Positions 47,408 through 56,695 of a DNA stretch of 64,000 bases are shown here, in pieces. Where the stretch lies: positions 192,001 to 256,000 of IMG/VR virus record IMGVR_UViG_3300024493_000235; one strand, 5' to 3'. Under the pieces are notes generated by a model. That model was not told the origin of the DNA. It searched no databases and saw only the letters and a program-made list of their open reading frames with translations. The position numbers and the translations under genes are program-made. Source of the stretch: a virus (Duplodnaviria > Caudoviricetes). Numbering within the stretch: the first letter of the stretch is position 1; every line of letters starts with the position of its first letter.

Positions 47408-48934
47408 ATGGGATTACAAGACGGATTTGTATCACTCAGTTCGAAGCATAACGTATTTAAGACAGATTTAATTACAGACTTACGTTCCAATGACTCTGTA
47501 GTGGAGTCATTGGAAGAGTTGTGTAAAATTGTCGCAAATACGATGAAACCCCATATTCAATATTTAGGCCACAAAAGGATAGACCAAAGAGCTAAGTATC
47601 CATCAAAATACATTCAGCAATACGAAAGTATGATATTTTGCGAACAGTTTGATTTCAAAATAAATGCCACCGACGAATACAATAGACCTAAGTCTATGTA
47701 TAAATCCATGATATTTGAAATTCCGATTCTTCTTGAAGGCTGCCGTTACTTTCTTAACGGCGTTAATTTCTATCCCATATATCAGCTTATAGACGCTACA
47801 ACATATCACAGATCCGGGGCTGTTTGTCTTAAGACATTGACTATCCCGATTAAAATGGATAGATCTCAATGCACAATTTACGACATTACAGGAAAAGAAT
47901 ACTCTTCGTTTGTATATACAATCGAAATGCAAAGAAAGAAAGTAAATATTTTTGCATTCTTATTCGCTACTTTGGGTTGCCTTGCTACGATTAAATTCTT
48001 TGAAGGAAAAGAAACTGTCTTTAAGATAGTATCAGAAGACAGAGTCGATAAATTAAGCCAAAAATATGTGTACTTTAAATTATCAAAGGCTATATATTTA
48101 GCTTGCGATACCGAAGTCTTTAAAGGAAAAACTGCTCCACAAGCTAGGGCAATGATAGCAAGCATTATCGACGTATTCCCTAAGAATATAACTGTCGAAC
48201 AGATGTTATCTCAAGACTTCTGGAGATATAATGTTTTATCTCAATATTTCATCAAGGGAAAACCCATAACAAAAAGCACAAAACTCGATCTCTTTATCGA
48301 AGCGTACAAAAGACTCTACGATTCTATAACAGAGAAAAATATGGGGATTTATGAGACTCCGAAAAAAAATATATACGATGTAATCCGTTGGATGTTTATG
48401 CATTTTACTGAATTACTTTATCGTGACAACAATAGTATCTTTCAAAAGAAGGTAAGATTGTCGGAATCTCAAATTGCACCGATTATAAGACGCGAATTAT
48501 ACAAAATGAATCGCGTTATTCATTCGAGAAATCGGTTCAAGAACGTCGATAGGTACGCAGAGATTATTACACTCCCGTATAAATTTTCATTCGATTCCAA
48601 GGATAAAAAGAAACTTGAAAATCAACCTTCGGATATACTTCTTAAGGCAATTATTAATTCAAGTAACACCCGTTATGCGGAAGCGACAAATGATTGCGAC
48701 TTGTTTAATATATTGCTTAAATATTGTGTCACATCTTCTTCTACAACAATAGCGAAAGGACCCAACACAAATAATCTTTCACTATCACAAAGACATGTAC
48801 CACTAAACCAAATCGGATTTATCGGAGTTAATTCAATCGGAGCAGGGGACCCGGGCTCTACATCGTGCTTTATTCCGTTTACGCAGCTAGATGAAGAAGG
48901 AAGATTTATATCTTTACTTGACACAGTGGCTTAA
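47408..48934 (+). CDS. multisubunit RNA polymerase beta subunit, N-terminal fragment
   Basis: IP.L.EG..Y.LNG.....I.QL.D; NNS...KK+R.SE; R.V...QIG.I......GDPG. Confidence 0.8.
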   Translation: MGLQDGFVSLSSKHNVFKTDLITDLRSNDSVVESLEELCKIVANTMKPHIQYLGHKRIDQRAKYPSKYIQQYESMIFCEQFDFKINATDEYNRPKSMYKSMIFEIPILLEGCRYFLNGVNFYPIYQLIDATTYHRSGAVCLKTLTIPIKMDRSQCTIYDITGKEYSSFVYTIEMQRKKVNIFAFLFATLGCLATIKFFEGKETVFKIVSEDRVDKLSQKYVYFKLSKAIYLACDTEVFKGKTAPQARAMIASIIDVFPKNITVEQMLSQDFWRYNVLSQYFIKGKPITKSTKLDLFIEAYKRLYDSITEKNMGIYETPKKNIYDVIRWMFMHFTELLYRDNNSIFQKKVRLSESQIAPIIRRELYKMNRVIHSRNRFKNVDRYAEIITLPYKFSFDSKDKKKLENQPSDILLKAIINSSNTRYAEATNDCDLFNILLKYCVTSSSTTIAKGPNTNNLSLSQRHVPLNQIGFIGVNSIGAGDPGSTSCFIPFTQLDEEGRFISLLDTVA

Positions 48935-49019
48935 ATCTGTTTAATGTTAAAACGGTTGATATTTAAATTATTTGCCGTCCTCTGCATTGAGGACGGTTAT
49001 TTTTGAAACATGGAGAAAA

Positions 49020-49568
49020 ATGATGAGTACATCAAAAACAAAACCGAAAGAGTTAGTTAAATCGCAAACTTCAAAGAATCCAAAGAGAATAAAGGTAACT
49101 ATTCGTAAGAAAGTTACGCCAACTTTTGACGGCTTAAAAGATGTAAATATTGCATCCTTATATCCTAAAAAAATACAAGTGAATCCGCCAAAAATAAAAA
49201 GTGCAAAACCACCTTCCGCGGCACCGCTTACTAAGAAACAGAAAGAACAAAAAAGGGTTATAGAAGAAAACGCTGTTATATCCCTTGCAAAAACGCTGTT
49301 TTTATTAGAGTATCCGGGGGCTTTAGAAAAACCAAAAATAAAGATTGTCGACTGTCAGTATGTCGGTGTCGATAGTAAATCTGAAAATATGGGATGCACT
49401 AAGTTTAAAATCGCGTATGAAACCACACACGTTGAAGATGGCGAACTTCGAACACTTGCGACATATAAAGATTTGTATATATCGGGAACGTATATGCAAA
49501 TATCAGTTGAACAAACAGTATCGAAAAAGATAGCCCTTCCGATGTGTCCGTGGCTTAAATATCGATAA
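49020..49568 (+). CDS. paralog family C member with Lys-rich N-terminus
   Basis: VISLAKTLFLLEYP...KF.I.Y...YKDLYIS. Confidence 0.6.
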   Translation: MMSTSKTKPKELVKSQTSKNPKRIKVTIRKKVTPTFDGLKDVNIASLYPKKIQVNPPKIKSAKPPSAAPLTKKQKEQKRVIEENAVISLAKTLFLLEYPGALEKPKIKIVDCQYVGVDSKSENMGCTKFKIAYETTHVEDGELRTLATYKDLYISGTYMQISVEQTVSKKIALPMCPWLKYR

Positions 49569-49621
49569 TGTAATTTTTCCTTTCTTATTTTTGAGAGGGA
49601 TATTTCTAAGGAGGAAACCGT

Positions 49622-49864
49622 ATGGCAGAGAAACAAACACCGCTTGATATAATGTCAAAGATTGCAAGAATATATCTTGAAAGCACATTTCCTGGTATAG
49701 AAATAGAAGGTCTTAGCGTAACAAGTCAGTACGGAAATTCTTCACAAACAACATTTGTAGCTGAATTTAACATTAATAACAATGAACCGGCACGCATGAA
49801 ATTTGATATCACATTTCCGTATTCTATACATACAAAACAGCCTTATAAACCAAAAATCAATTAA
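49622..49864 (+). CDS. paralog family C member
   Basis: PLDIMSKIARIYLESTFP. Confidence 0.55.
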   Translation: MAEKQTPLDIMSKIARIYLESTFPGIEIEGLSVTSQYGNSSQTTFVAEFNINNNEPARMKFDITFPYSIHTKQPYKPKIN

Positions 49865-49884
49865 ACTTGTAAACAGGAGTAATT

Positions 49885-50277
49885 ATGGCCAGAATAGAAA
49901 ACGCCGAAAATATGGTATTTATTAAAATTGATACCAGTATGATTTGTGATCTGAGTGCGTTTCATAAACGTCGGGACAGAGATCCGAATCTTCACCATAA
50001 AAGAGTGTATGATCCAAGAAAAGTCAAAAAGGGTTTAGCAGCACATTCGACAGAATATTATATAAAACTTCCGATAGAATATTTTTCTTCTGTTGAAAAT
50101 GGCGGTGTTGCTATAATGGAAATAATTCAAAATTATATGGGCAGCATATTAAAAGTACCGCGAGATATCGTTGTAAATCTTGATCATGGCAAACAGGAAT
50201 TGTTTGTTGAAAATAAGGACAACGTATATGTAATACATCTGCCAGTGAAAGTTACAATGTCCTCCACCAAGGAGTAA
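49885..50277 (+). CDS. hypothetical protein
   Basis: AGGAG SD; 130 aa. Confidence 0.55.
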   Translation: MARIENAENMVFIKIDTSMICDLSAFHKRRDRDPNLHHKRVYDPRKVKKGLAAHSTEYYIKLPIEYFSSVENGGVAIMEIIQNYMGSILKVPRDIVVNLDHGKQELFVENKDNVYVIHLPVKVTMSSTKE

Positions 50278-50280
50278 AAT

Positions 50281-50664
50281 ATGCCTTCCGACATTGTTGT
50301 AGCTATAAAGGATTTAGCTTTACTATGTTTTAAAGAAGAATTCCCTGATTTTACCATTGAGAAAATTGACATCATGGAGCTTGTTGGAGATACAACTCAT
50401 TCAAGCGTTGTGGAGTATCACGTTAAAGATGTTGGAGTTGTAATGAGAACTATAGGAGTTACAGCTCCATCCATGAAGGATAAACCTGACAAAATACTTT
50501 CGCAAAGAACCATCATCGAAGGTTATATGAAGCAAGGATTATCCCAACAAGATGCGCAAGAGTTTTACAGAAAACATGCAGGAAAAGGATCGAACGGTTT
50601 TATACCGCCTATCGATTGGACGGATAAAGGTGTGCACAGACACACCTTTACTATTACGAAATAA
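50281..50664 (+). CDS. paralog family C member
   Basis: AIKDLALLCFKEEFP...IEKI. Confidence 0.6.
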   Translation: MPSDIVVAIKDLALLCFKEEFPDFTIEKIDIMELVGDTTHSSVVEYHVKDVGVVMRTIGVTAPSMKDKPDKILSQRTIIEGYMKQGLSQQDAQEFYRKHAGKGSNGFIPPIDWTDKGVHRHTFTITK

Positions 50665-50684
50665 AAAACTTGAGGAGAATTAAC

Positions 50685-51149
50685 ATGGCAAAGAAAAATG
50701 GAAGTACAGTTCCGAAACGTCTGAAAACAGACTATGTAAAGGTGCCTGAGAAGAGAAAGGTAGCGATTAAGAAGTGCTTGGATTCTGTTATAAAAGAAGA
50801 CAAAGCAAAAAAGAAAGGAACTCTTGCACAAGAAGAAGCCCATGTTATAACACTTGCAAAAGCATTGTTTAAAATGGACTTTCCAACTGTTGCAGTGAGT
50901 AAGATTTCAGTTGTCGGGGCGTCATCGCACGGACATGAAACTTATCCATCTGGTGATAATAAAGCCATTGATATTAAGTTCATAGTCGAATACAAGACAA
51001 AGGTTTTGGGCAACGTATATCGCGACATAACTATATCAAGGGTTTATCACACAAAAGAATATACCCATTCAATATTTATGCATTTGCCTGTATACCTGCC
51101 AAAGGAAACAAAGAAATCCAGGTTTCGGGTGACAAAGAATGGGCAGTGA
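50685..51149 (+). CDS. paralog family C member with Lys-rich N-terminus
   Basis: VITLAKALFKMDFP...KFIVEY...YRDITIS. Confidence 0.6.
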   Translation: MAKKNGSTVPKRLKTDYVKVPEKRKVAIKKCLDSVIKEDKAKKKGTLAQEEAHVITLAKALFKMDFPTVAVSKISVVGASSHGHETYPSGDNKAIDIKFIVEYKTKVLGNVYRDITISRVYHTKEYTHSIFMHLPVYLPKETKKSRFRVTKNGQ

Positions 51150-51441
51150 ACAAGAAACATTCGCTTACGATATCGTAGAAGTTGATAAAAAAGATCCTTT
51201 GAATATCGTGAAAGTGCTGTCTGAAACATACTTTGAAAAAGAATTTCCTCATCTTACATTAATCGACATTGTCGTAACAGAAGAAAGAGGAAATAACTAC
51301 AGCATATTCAATATTACATATACTGTGAAAGATCATAAAGATGTATATAGGTCTTTATCTTTATCACAGCCGTGTATTTTTAGCGGAGAGAAACAACAGT
51401 TTCTTTTAGATCCGCATCATTGCAGCAAACGCAAAAAGTAA
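51139..51441 (+). CDS. paralog family C member
   Basis: PLNIVKVLSETYFEKEFP...VYRSLSLS. Confidence 0.6.
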   Translation: MGSEQETFAYDIVEVDKKDPLNIVKVLSETYFEKEFPHLTLIDIVVTEERGNNYSIFNITYTVKDHKDVYRSLSLSQPCIFSGEKQQFLLDPHHCSKRKK

Positions 51442-51485
51442 TGGGAGGAACTTTATGGATAAAAAAGACACAAAGGATAATCCCG

Positions 51486-51728
51486 ATGAGTGATCGTGGC
51501 GATTTTAATGAAGATGACGACGATGATAGTCAAGATAGCAACATAAAAAATACCATAAAATCCGGTATCTCATTTGGTTGCTGTCTGGCTATTGTCATTT
51601 CTTTTGTTTCGTGGAAATCTGTCGGTTGGGCAATTTTTCACGGGTTATTAAGTTGGGTGTATGTGATATACTATGTAATTACATACACAGGGTTTAACGA
51701 CGTTTTGGAACAAGCGTTTATAAAATAA
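51486..51728 (+). CDS. small membrane protein with acidic N-terminus
   Basis: GISFG..LA+VIS.....S+.WAI.HGLLSW.YVIYY; start uncertain. Confidence 0.6.
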   Translation: MSDRGDFNEDDDDDSQDSNIKNTIKSGISFGCCLAIVISFVSWKSVGWAIFHGLLSWVYVIYYVITYTGFNDVLEQAFIK

Positions 51729-51744
51729 TACGGTGTAAATAATC

Positions 51745-52476
51745 ATGAGTAATAAGGGAAGACCTGCTATGTATCCTAGAGATGTGGGTTCGGCTTTTGA
51801 GTATCCGATTACACTTGAAAGAAAACTCCTCGCCGCTGTAAGTCGCGGCGATAAAACCGACGCTCTCAAGTGGTACAACGAATTGTTTTCACATTTGAGA
51901 ACTAAACACAAAGGCGATCTTAGGTATATGAGCCTTTGGGCTATGAAACTCATATCGCGTCTTGAGACACAAGGGGTGAATCCAGGAAGCGAAAGCGTCA
52001 TCAATATATGCAACAAACATTTAATTCGTGTGGACGGCGTAGAATTTATCACGTCTCTTAATCCTATCATCACCAGTATGATTAAGGAAATGGTCGATCA
52101 GGTAGTTACATTTCGCGGTGTAGCACATTCAATTAACCTCAAGAGAGTTATTGGATATATCAATGAGAATCTTTCGGATAAAATGCCGCTTCGGAAACTT
52201 GCCGATATTTCAGGTCTATCAGGTTCATATCTTTCCAGCATCTTTTATAAAGAAATGGGAGAGACTATCACAAACTACATAAACAGGTTGCGGGTAGAAA
52301 GAGCAATGGTGTTACTCGAAACAACAGATATGACATGTACTGACATTACAGAAAAGTGTTCTCTTCCTGATCCGAGTTGGTTTTCTAAGGTGTTTAAAAG
52401 ACATGTCGGTTTAACTCCGACAGAATACCGAAAACAAAAACGCTGCACCCTCATTCCAAAGAACAAAAAAGGATGA
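51745..52476 (+). CDS. AraC-family transcriptional regulator
   Basis: YI.ENL....L..LA...GLS.SYLS..F.KE.G....YIN.LR+E.A..LL...FSKVFKRH.G.TP.EYR double HTH. Confidence 0.92.
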   Translation: MSNKGRPAMYPRDVGSAFEYPITLERKLLAAVSRGDKTDALKWYNELFSHLRTKHKGDLRYMSLWAMKLISRLETQGVNPGSESVINICNKHLIRVDGVEFITSLNPIITSMIKEMVDQVVTFRGVAHSINLKRVIGYINENLSDKMPLRKLADISGLSGSYLSSIFYKEMGETITNYINRLRVERAMVLLETTDMTCTDITEKCSLPDPSWFSKVFKRHVGLTPTEYRKQKRCTLIPKNKKG

Positions 52477-52479
52477 TAT

Positions 52480-52851
52480 ATGCGAAATAAGCTTATTTGT
52501 TGGTTTCACAGTAAAATAAGGAGTTGTAAGTCAAAACGTGAAGAGATAAAACTGACTTTTGTATTAAAGCGTATCGACTATTATATTTCTCACAATATAG
52601 ACGGACTTTTTTCTCTTATCGTTATGTATGCGCATCTTCTTTTTAAAAAGGAGTTTCCTGAAGAACCACTTCGTAGTACCAACATAGATCGTATACAGCA
52701 AATTGAGTCTAATCCGGGTGATATTCATCTTTTTGAAACAGAGATTATCATCCGGCATAACCTTCGTAATGTGAACGGTATAGAACGAGCTTCGGTATAT
52801 CGAAAAATACGAATCTCAAAACCGTATATTATAAAATTAAACGGTGTATAG
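52480..52851 (+). CDS. paralog family C member
   Basis: IVMYAHLLFKKEFP...VYRKIRISKP. Confidence 0.55.
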   Translation: MRNKLICWFHSKIRSCKSKREEIKLTFVLKRIDYYISHNIDGLFSLIVMYAHLLFKKEFPEEPLRSTNIDRIQQIESNPGDIHLFETEIIIRHNLRNVNGIERASVYRKIRISKPYIIKLNGV

Positions 52852-52881
52852 CCTAAAGTTGTAATATAAAAGCGATATCCA

Positions 52882-52953
52882 GTCTTCGTGACCGAATGGT
52901 TAGGTAGCGCACTGCAAATGCGTTTCATGCAGGTTCAAATCCTGTCGAAGACT
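52882..52953 (+). tRNA. trnC: tRNA-Cys(GCA)
   Basis: acceptor stem GTCTTCG/CGAAGAC, D arm with TGG, anticodon arm GCGCA-CT-GCA-AA-TGCGT, T arm GCAGG-TTCAAAT-CCTGT, U73 discriminator; CCA not encoded. Confidence 0.92.
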
Positions 52954-52977
52954 TATAAATTTTTAAGGAGGTAACAC

Positions 52978-53247
52978 ATGACAACGCGATTTTATTTATG
53001 TGATGATATCACAAGAGAACCTACAAAAAATTGCAGATCATACCCGCCTGAATTTTTGCAACATGTAATACATAATCAACATAATAAAGGTTCTTTGAAT
53101 ATCGAATTTGGTGAAAGTTTTCATCATATTGGTGAAACTGATACTCACACAATACAAGACAACGATTTGACGATGATTTTAGCAAATGGCAAATTTACTC
53201 CGATGCCTTCTGGTATATGGAGTTTCGATTTAAACAATTTGTGTTAA
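52978..53247 (+). CDS. hypothetical protein
   Basis: AAGGAGG SD. Confidence 0.55.
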   Translation: MTTRFYLCDDITREPTKNCRSYPPEFLQHVIHNQHNKGSLNIEFGESFHHIGETDTHTIQDNDLTMILANGKFTPMPSGIWSFDLNNLC

Positions 53248-53261
53248 AAAAGGAGAAATGG

Positions 53262-54152
53262 ATGGACGAACTGCCAAAGGAACTTGCAGACATCGAAAGG
53301 AATTATATCCAATGGGGTGTAATAATTGACAATACCGAAAATGATGATTCGATATTACTTCGAAGCGCCATGGAAGAAAAAGATATCGTTACAAAGATAT
53401 TTGAAATGATACCGCAATACGCTGTTTTATTTACATCAGTGGATGCAAAAAATTGTATTCCAGGTTGTACAGACAATAAAACTTATACCGTATTTCATAA
53501 ACATGACGATTCTATTGTCGCAACACTTCACAGATCTACAGAAAAACGAGAAGGAAAAAATGTCACTCAGTGGACAATATATATGAGAATTAATTATGTG
53601 ACATCCCATCTTGTTTCCCTTTTAAATGACAAATATCCTAAATCTTCGTGCCAGATACATTCTGAAGACATGCTCATCGATTTTGGATTTTTACATCTTG
53701 AAGGACAGCCATTTGTCGAAATAGATCCGTCACAAAAATCAATAACAATATCAGCTTCGTATATCGTAGATAATATTCTCACGTATGTACGAAGTCTTGA
53801 TTGTTTTATATTGACACAAGCTCCAACAAAAGAAGTACATCAAATTGAGGGAAAAAATGTTAGCATTGCAACTTTGCGGTATATCATATACAAAGAAAGT
53901 GTAGCTCCTTGTCCTGAAGATGTAAATTCCGAAAAGTTTCCGCCAAATGAATTACGCATATTTCCAATTCTTGATGTGTCTGTTATATCAAAAGCAGAAG
54001 TAAATGCAAGTTTTGATATGATAAGACCTTTGGGTGACATTGTGAAGGTGTGTAAAAGCGATCATATCGCAAATTACTACCCTGAAAAGCTAAAAGTTTA
54101 TATCGATAAGCTCGCCGATTCGATTAAACTTCTAGTAGATAATCTTCATTAA
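53262..54152 (+). CDS. hypothetical protein
   Basis: AAGGAG SD; followed by terminator 54156-54190. Confidence 0.6.
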   Translation: MDELPKELADIERNYIQWGVIIDNTENDDSILLRSAMEEKDIVTKIFEMIPQYAVLFTSVDAKNCIPGCTDNKTYTVFHKHDDSIVATLHRSTEKREGKNVTQWTIYMRINYVTSHLVSLLNDKYPKSSCQIHSEDMLIDFGFLHLEGQPFVEIDPSQKSITISASYIVDNILTYVRSLDCFILTQAPTKEVHQIEGKNVSIATLRYIIYKESVAPCPEDVNSEKFPPNELRIFPILDVSVISKAEVNASFDMIRPLGDIVKVCKSDHIANYYPEKLKVYIDKLADSIKLLVDNLH

Positions 54153-54258
54153 TAAATATGCCTAGGGAATGTCCCTAGGCATATATTTTTGTCTTTTTTA
54201 CATAGCTTAAACTTCAAAAGAAGTATACATAATAAATGTAGGCTATGGGAGGAGAGGT

Positions 54259-54915
54259 ATGAATGATATTGTTGAAACGTCACGTGAAGTAGGAGAAAAT
54301 ATAAAAGATGCAGAAGTTATAGCAAATGGTGACGTTGTAATAAATGCAATGGCCCTTAACATGACAATGGTTCGTCACGTACAAACTGGAATTCGACATG
54401 TGGAATTTGAAAAAGGCCATGTATATGATCGTATGGAGAAGCTTGCGCTGAAATATTTTAATAATCCGAAAGTGTTATTCGAAAGAACTCGCATTGATAT
54501 TACAGTGTTTTCAAGTTCTGTAGGATATTTAGAAGAATATCCTGATTATTATGATAAACGATTTCCAGCGCATGCAAAGGTGGAGATAAACGGACGATAC
54601 CAAGGGCTTTTGGATATATCAAGAGCAACTCCGCCTTCGTGTATTGAAGAAGTGAGGGAATTTATCGCACCAATTGCTGGTATGCATCCCTGTATTAATG
54701 ATAATGTAAAAAGACACATCGTAGCTTTTGCAAATCATGTGGTTGGAGAAAATGATGGAAGCGTCATAACCAATTGGAAAAAATTGCGCATTATGTACAG
54801 TGTTGTTCATGAGACAAAACTGGCGGGAGGACAAATGTGCGTGGAGAAAAACAACGTAGAGGATCAGCGAGAAAATACGTCCAGAAACAGATTATTGACA
54901 GAAATGAAAACTTAA
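54259..54915 (+). CDS. DUF4160-like paralog
   Basis: FPAHAKV...GLLDIS...PP.CIEEV.E...KRHIVAFAN...TNWKKLR; early promoter at 54224. Confidence 0.6.
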   Translation: MNDIVETSREVGENIKDAEVIANGDVVINAMALNMTMVRHVQTGIRHVEFEKGHVYDRMEKLALKYFNNPKVLFERTRIDITVFSSSVGYLEEYPDYYDKRFPAHAKVEINGRYQGLLDISRATPPSCIEEVREFIAPIAGMHPCINDNVKRHIVAFANHVVGENDGSVITNWKKLRIMYSVVHETKLAGGQMCVEKNNVEDQRENTSRNRLLTEMKT

Positions 54916-55661
54916 ATGACAAACAAATCTGCGCTAAATTGTGTAGCATGTTTTCTAAGATGCGTAACAACGGTGTCACAAAATGCATTTATTGCGGCAG
55001 AGAAATAATAAAGTGTAAGAAAACACAAATTATGTGCGGATATTGTCATATATACCAAGGATACTACGACTTACTCACTATTCCTTTTAGTCTTTTACAT
55101 TTATATGCAAAACATGTCGACATTCCAAAGGATCTGCTTGTTGAAATCGAGAAGTATGAAACTGTCGAAGGTTTTACAGCATTGCATAGTGAACTATTAA
55201 CCCCGATATATAATATTCAGATAAAGAGATCTGAGTTGAAATGCAAGTTTTGCGGAAAACTGATAGGGGAAAATAATGCATCACAGGTATCAAGATGGTC
55301 GTCACAATTTTGTAGCGAAGTATGTCATCAGCGAAATAAGTTATACAAAGACGGAAAAAGAAAATGCATAATTTGTGGAAAAGAAATTCCGTATGGTTCT
55401 AAACAAAAAGCTTGTAGCGTAGAATGTAAAAGAATCAGAAGAAACGAAACGCATAGAGTAATATACGATAGAAATAAACCGATGTATAATAGAATATGCC
55501 CAGTTTGTGGCAAAAATTTCGCGACATATTTGAGTCGTTCGATGTGTTGTTGTACACACTGCAATCGTCTTTCTATAGACAGAAGAGCTAGGGCTCGAAA
55601 AAGAGAAGAGAGATTAAAATCCTTAAACGGAGGGGGAAAATGGAAAAGAAAAGAGACTTAA
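54837..55661 (+). CDS. multi-Zn-finger (treble-clef repeat) protein 1
   Basis: GVTKCIYCG...Q.MC.YC, Y.T+EG+..LH, then CxxCGK...CS..C repeats. Confidence 0.7.
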   Translation: MRGEKQRRGSARKYVQKQIIDRNENLNDKQICAKLCSMFSKMRNNGVTKCIYCGREIIKCKKTQIMCGYCHIYQGYYDLLTIPFSLLHLYAKHVDIPKDLLVEIEKYETVEGFTALHSELLTPIYNIQIKRSELKCKFCGKLIGENNASQVSRWSSQFCSEVCHQRNKLYKDGKRKCIICGKEIPYGSKQKACSVECKRIRRNETHRVIYDRNKPMYNRICPVCGKNFATYLSRSMCCCTHCNRLSIDRRARARKREERLKSLNGGGKWKRKET

Positions 55662-55897
55662 GTAAATACTTAAGCGTATACGAAACGGCCGTACTTCTTC
55701 GGGTATCTGAAAGCTATATACGTTTTCAGATAAAAAATTTTAGCTTTATGCAGCCTTGGAAATCCGCCATAAAAGAGGGAAGAAAAACATACATTCCTAA
55801 GTTGGCGATTAAGAAGTATTTGCAAACCATGTTTCGCAATTGTATGGCAAGCATCGAGAAGGGTGCGAAGAAAAGCTCTAAACGCAAAAGTGTATGA
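55640..55897 (+). CDS. excisionase-like (MerR-type) HTH protein
   Basis: YLSVYETA.LL.VSESYIR..I......A.K.GR...IPK..+..Y. Confidence 0.7.
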   Translation: MEKKRDLSKYLSVYETAVLLRVSESYIRFQIKNFSFMQPWKSAIKEGRKTYIPKLAIKKYLQTMFRNCMASIEKGAKKSSKRKSV

Positions 55898-56646
55898 AAG
55901 CGCAGAGGATATTTTTATCTCCAAAAATGGAAGCTTTGTTTCTTCGAAGAACCGTTGAAAAGGACAAGAAGATAGACAAGCGACATCAGAGATGGAAATT
56001 TGAAAAGATGTTTTTCCACGCAAAAATATATGGTACTACAAAGTGTATATGTTGCGGAAGAAAAATCATAAAGAATACTGATACTCAGAAAATGTGTCTT
56101 TATTGTTCGTTTGCATCAAGGGCTTTTAGAGGAGAGAAACCTCCTAAAATAATTGTACCTGATAAATTCATTGAAATTATGGACACATATCATACAATTG
56201 AAGGATATCATGCGTTGCACCGTGATGTGACGCATGATATATACGTCTATTATAAAACCGGAAAGAGGACACGAAAGTGTAAAAATTGTGGTAAAAGACT
56301 TGGATTTGACAGAAGACGTGATCTTATGTTTTGCTGCACAAAATGTAGTGTATCGTTCTATAGCAAGAAACGTTTTAATGCCGATATCGAAGATATTCAT
56401 ACATGCCCTATATGCAAAAAGCAGTTTAGTGTGTCATTTAAAAATAGGGTATTCTGTAGCGCAAAATGTAAGATGCATAAATCAAGAGAGACTGGAAGAT
56501 ATCCTGTAGATAGGGTATGTCCAGTATGCGGTAACACTTTCGAAGCATATCATTATAAGCAAATATACTGTGGAAAAGTGTGTTCGTATACCGCAAGATT
56601 AAAACAGCGGAAGATTCAATATGCAAACAGAAAAGCAAAGAAATAA
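55894..56646 (+). CDS. multi-Zn-finger protein 2
   Basis: GTTKCICCG...QKMCLYC, YHTIEGYHALH, three further CxxC/CxxxC repeats. Confidence 0.7.
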   Translation: MKAQRIFLSPKMEALFLRRTVEKDKKIDKRHQRWKFEKMFFHAKIYGTTKCICCGRKIIKNTDTQKMCLYCSFASRAFRGEKPPKIIVPDKFIEIMDTYHTIEGYHALHRDVTHDIYVYYKTGKRTRKCKNCGKRLGFDRRRDLMFCCTKCSVSFYSKKRFNADIEDIHTCPICKKQFSVSFKNRVFCSAKCKMHKSRETGRYPVDRVCPVCGNTFEAYHYKQIYCGKVCSYTARLKQRKIQYANRKAKK

Positions 56647-56695
56647 TCTTAACCCTCAAGGAATTCCTTGAGGGTTATTTTTTAAAGGTGGGGCT

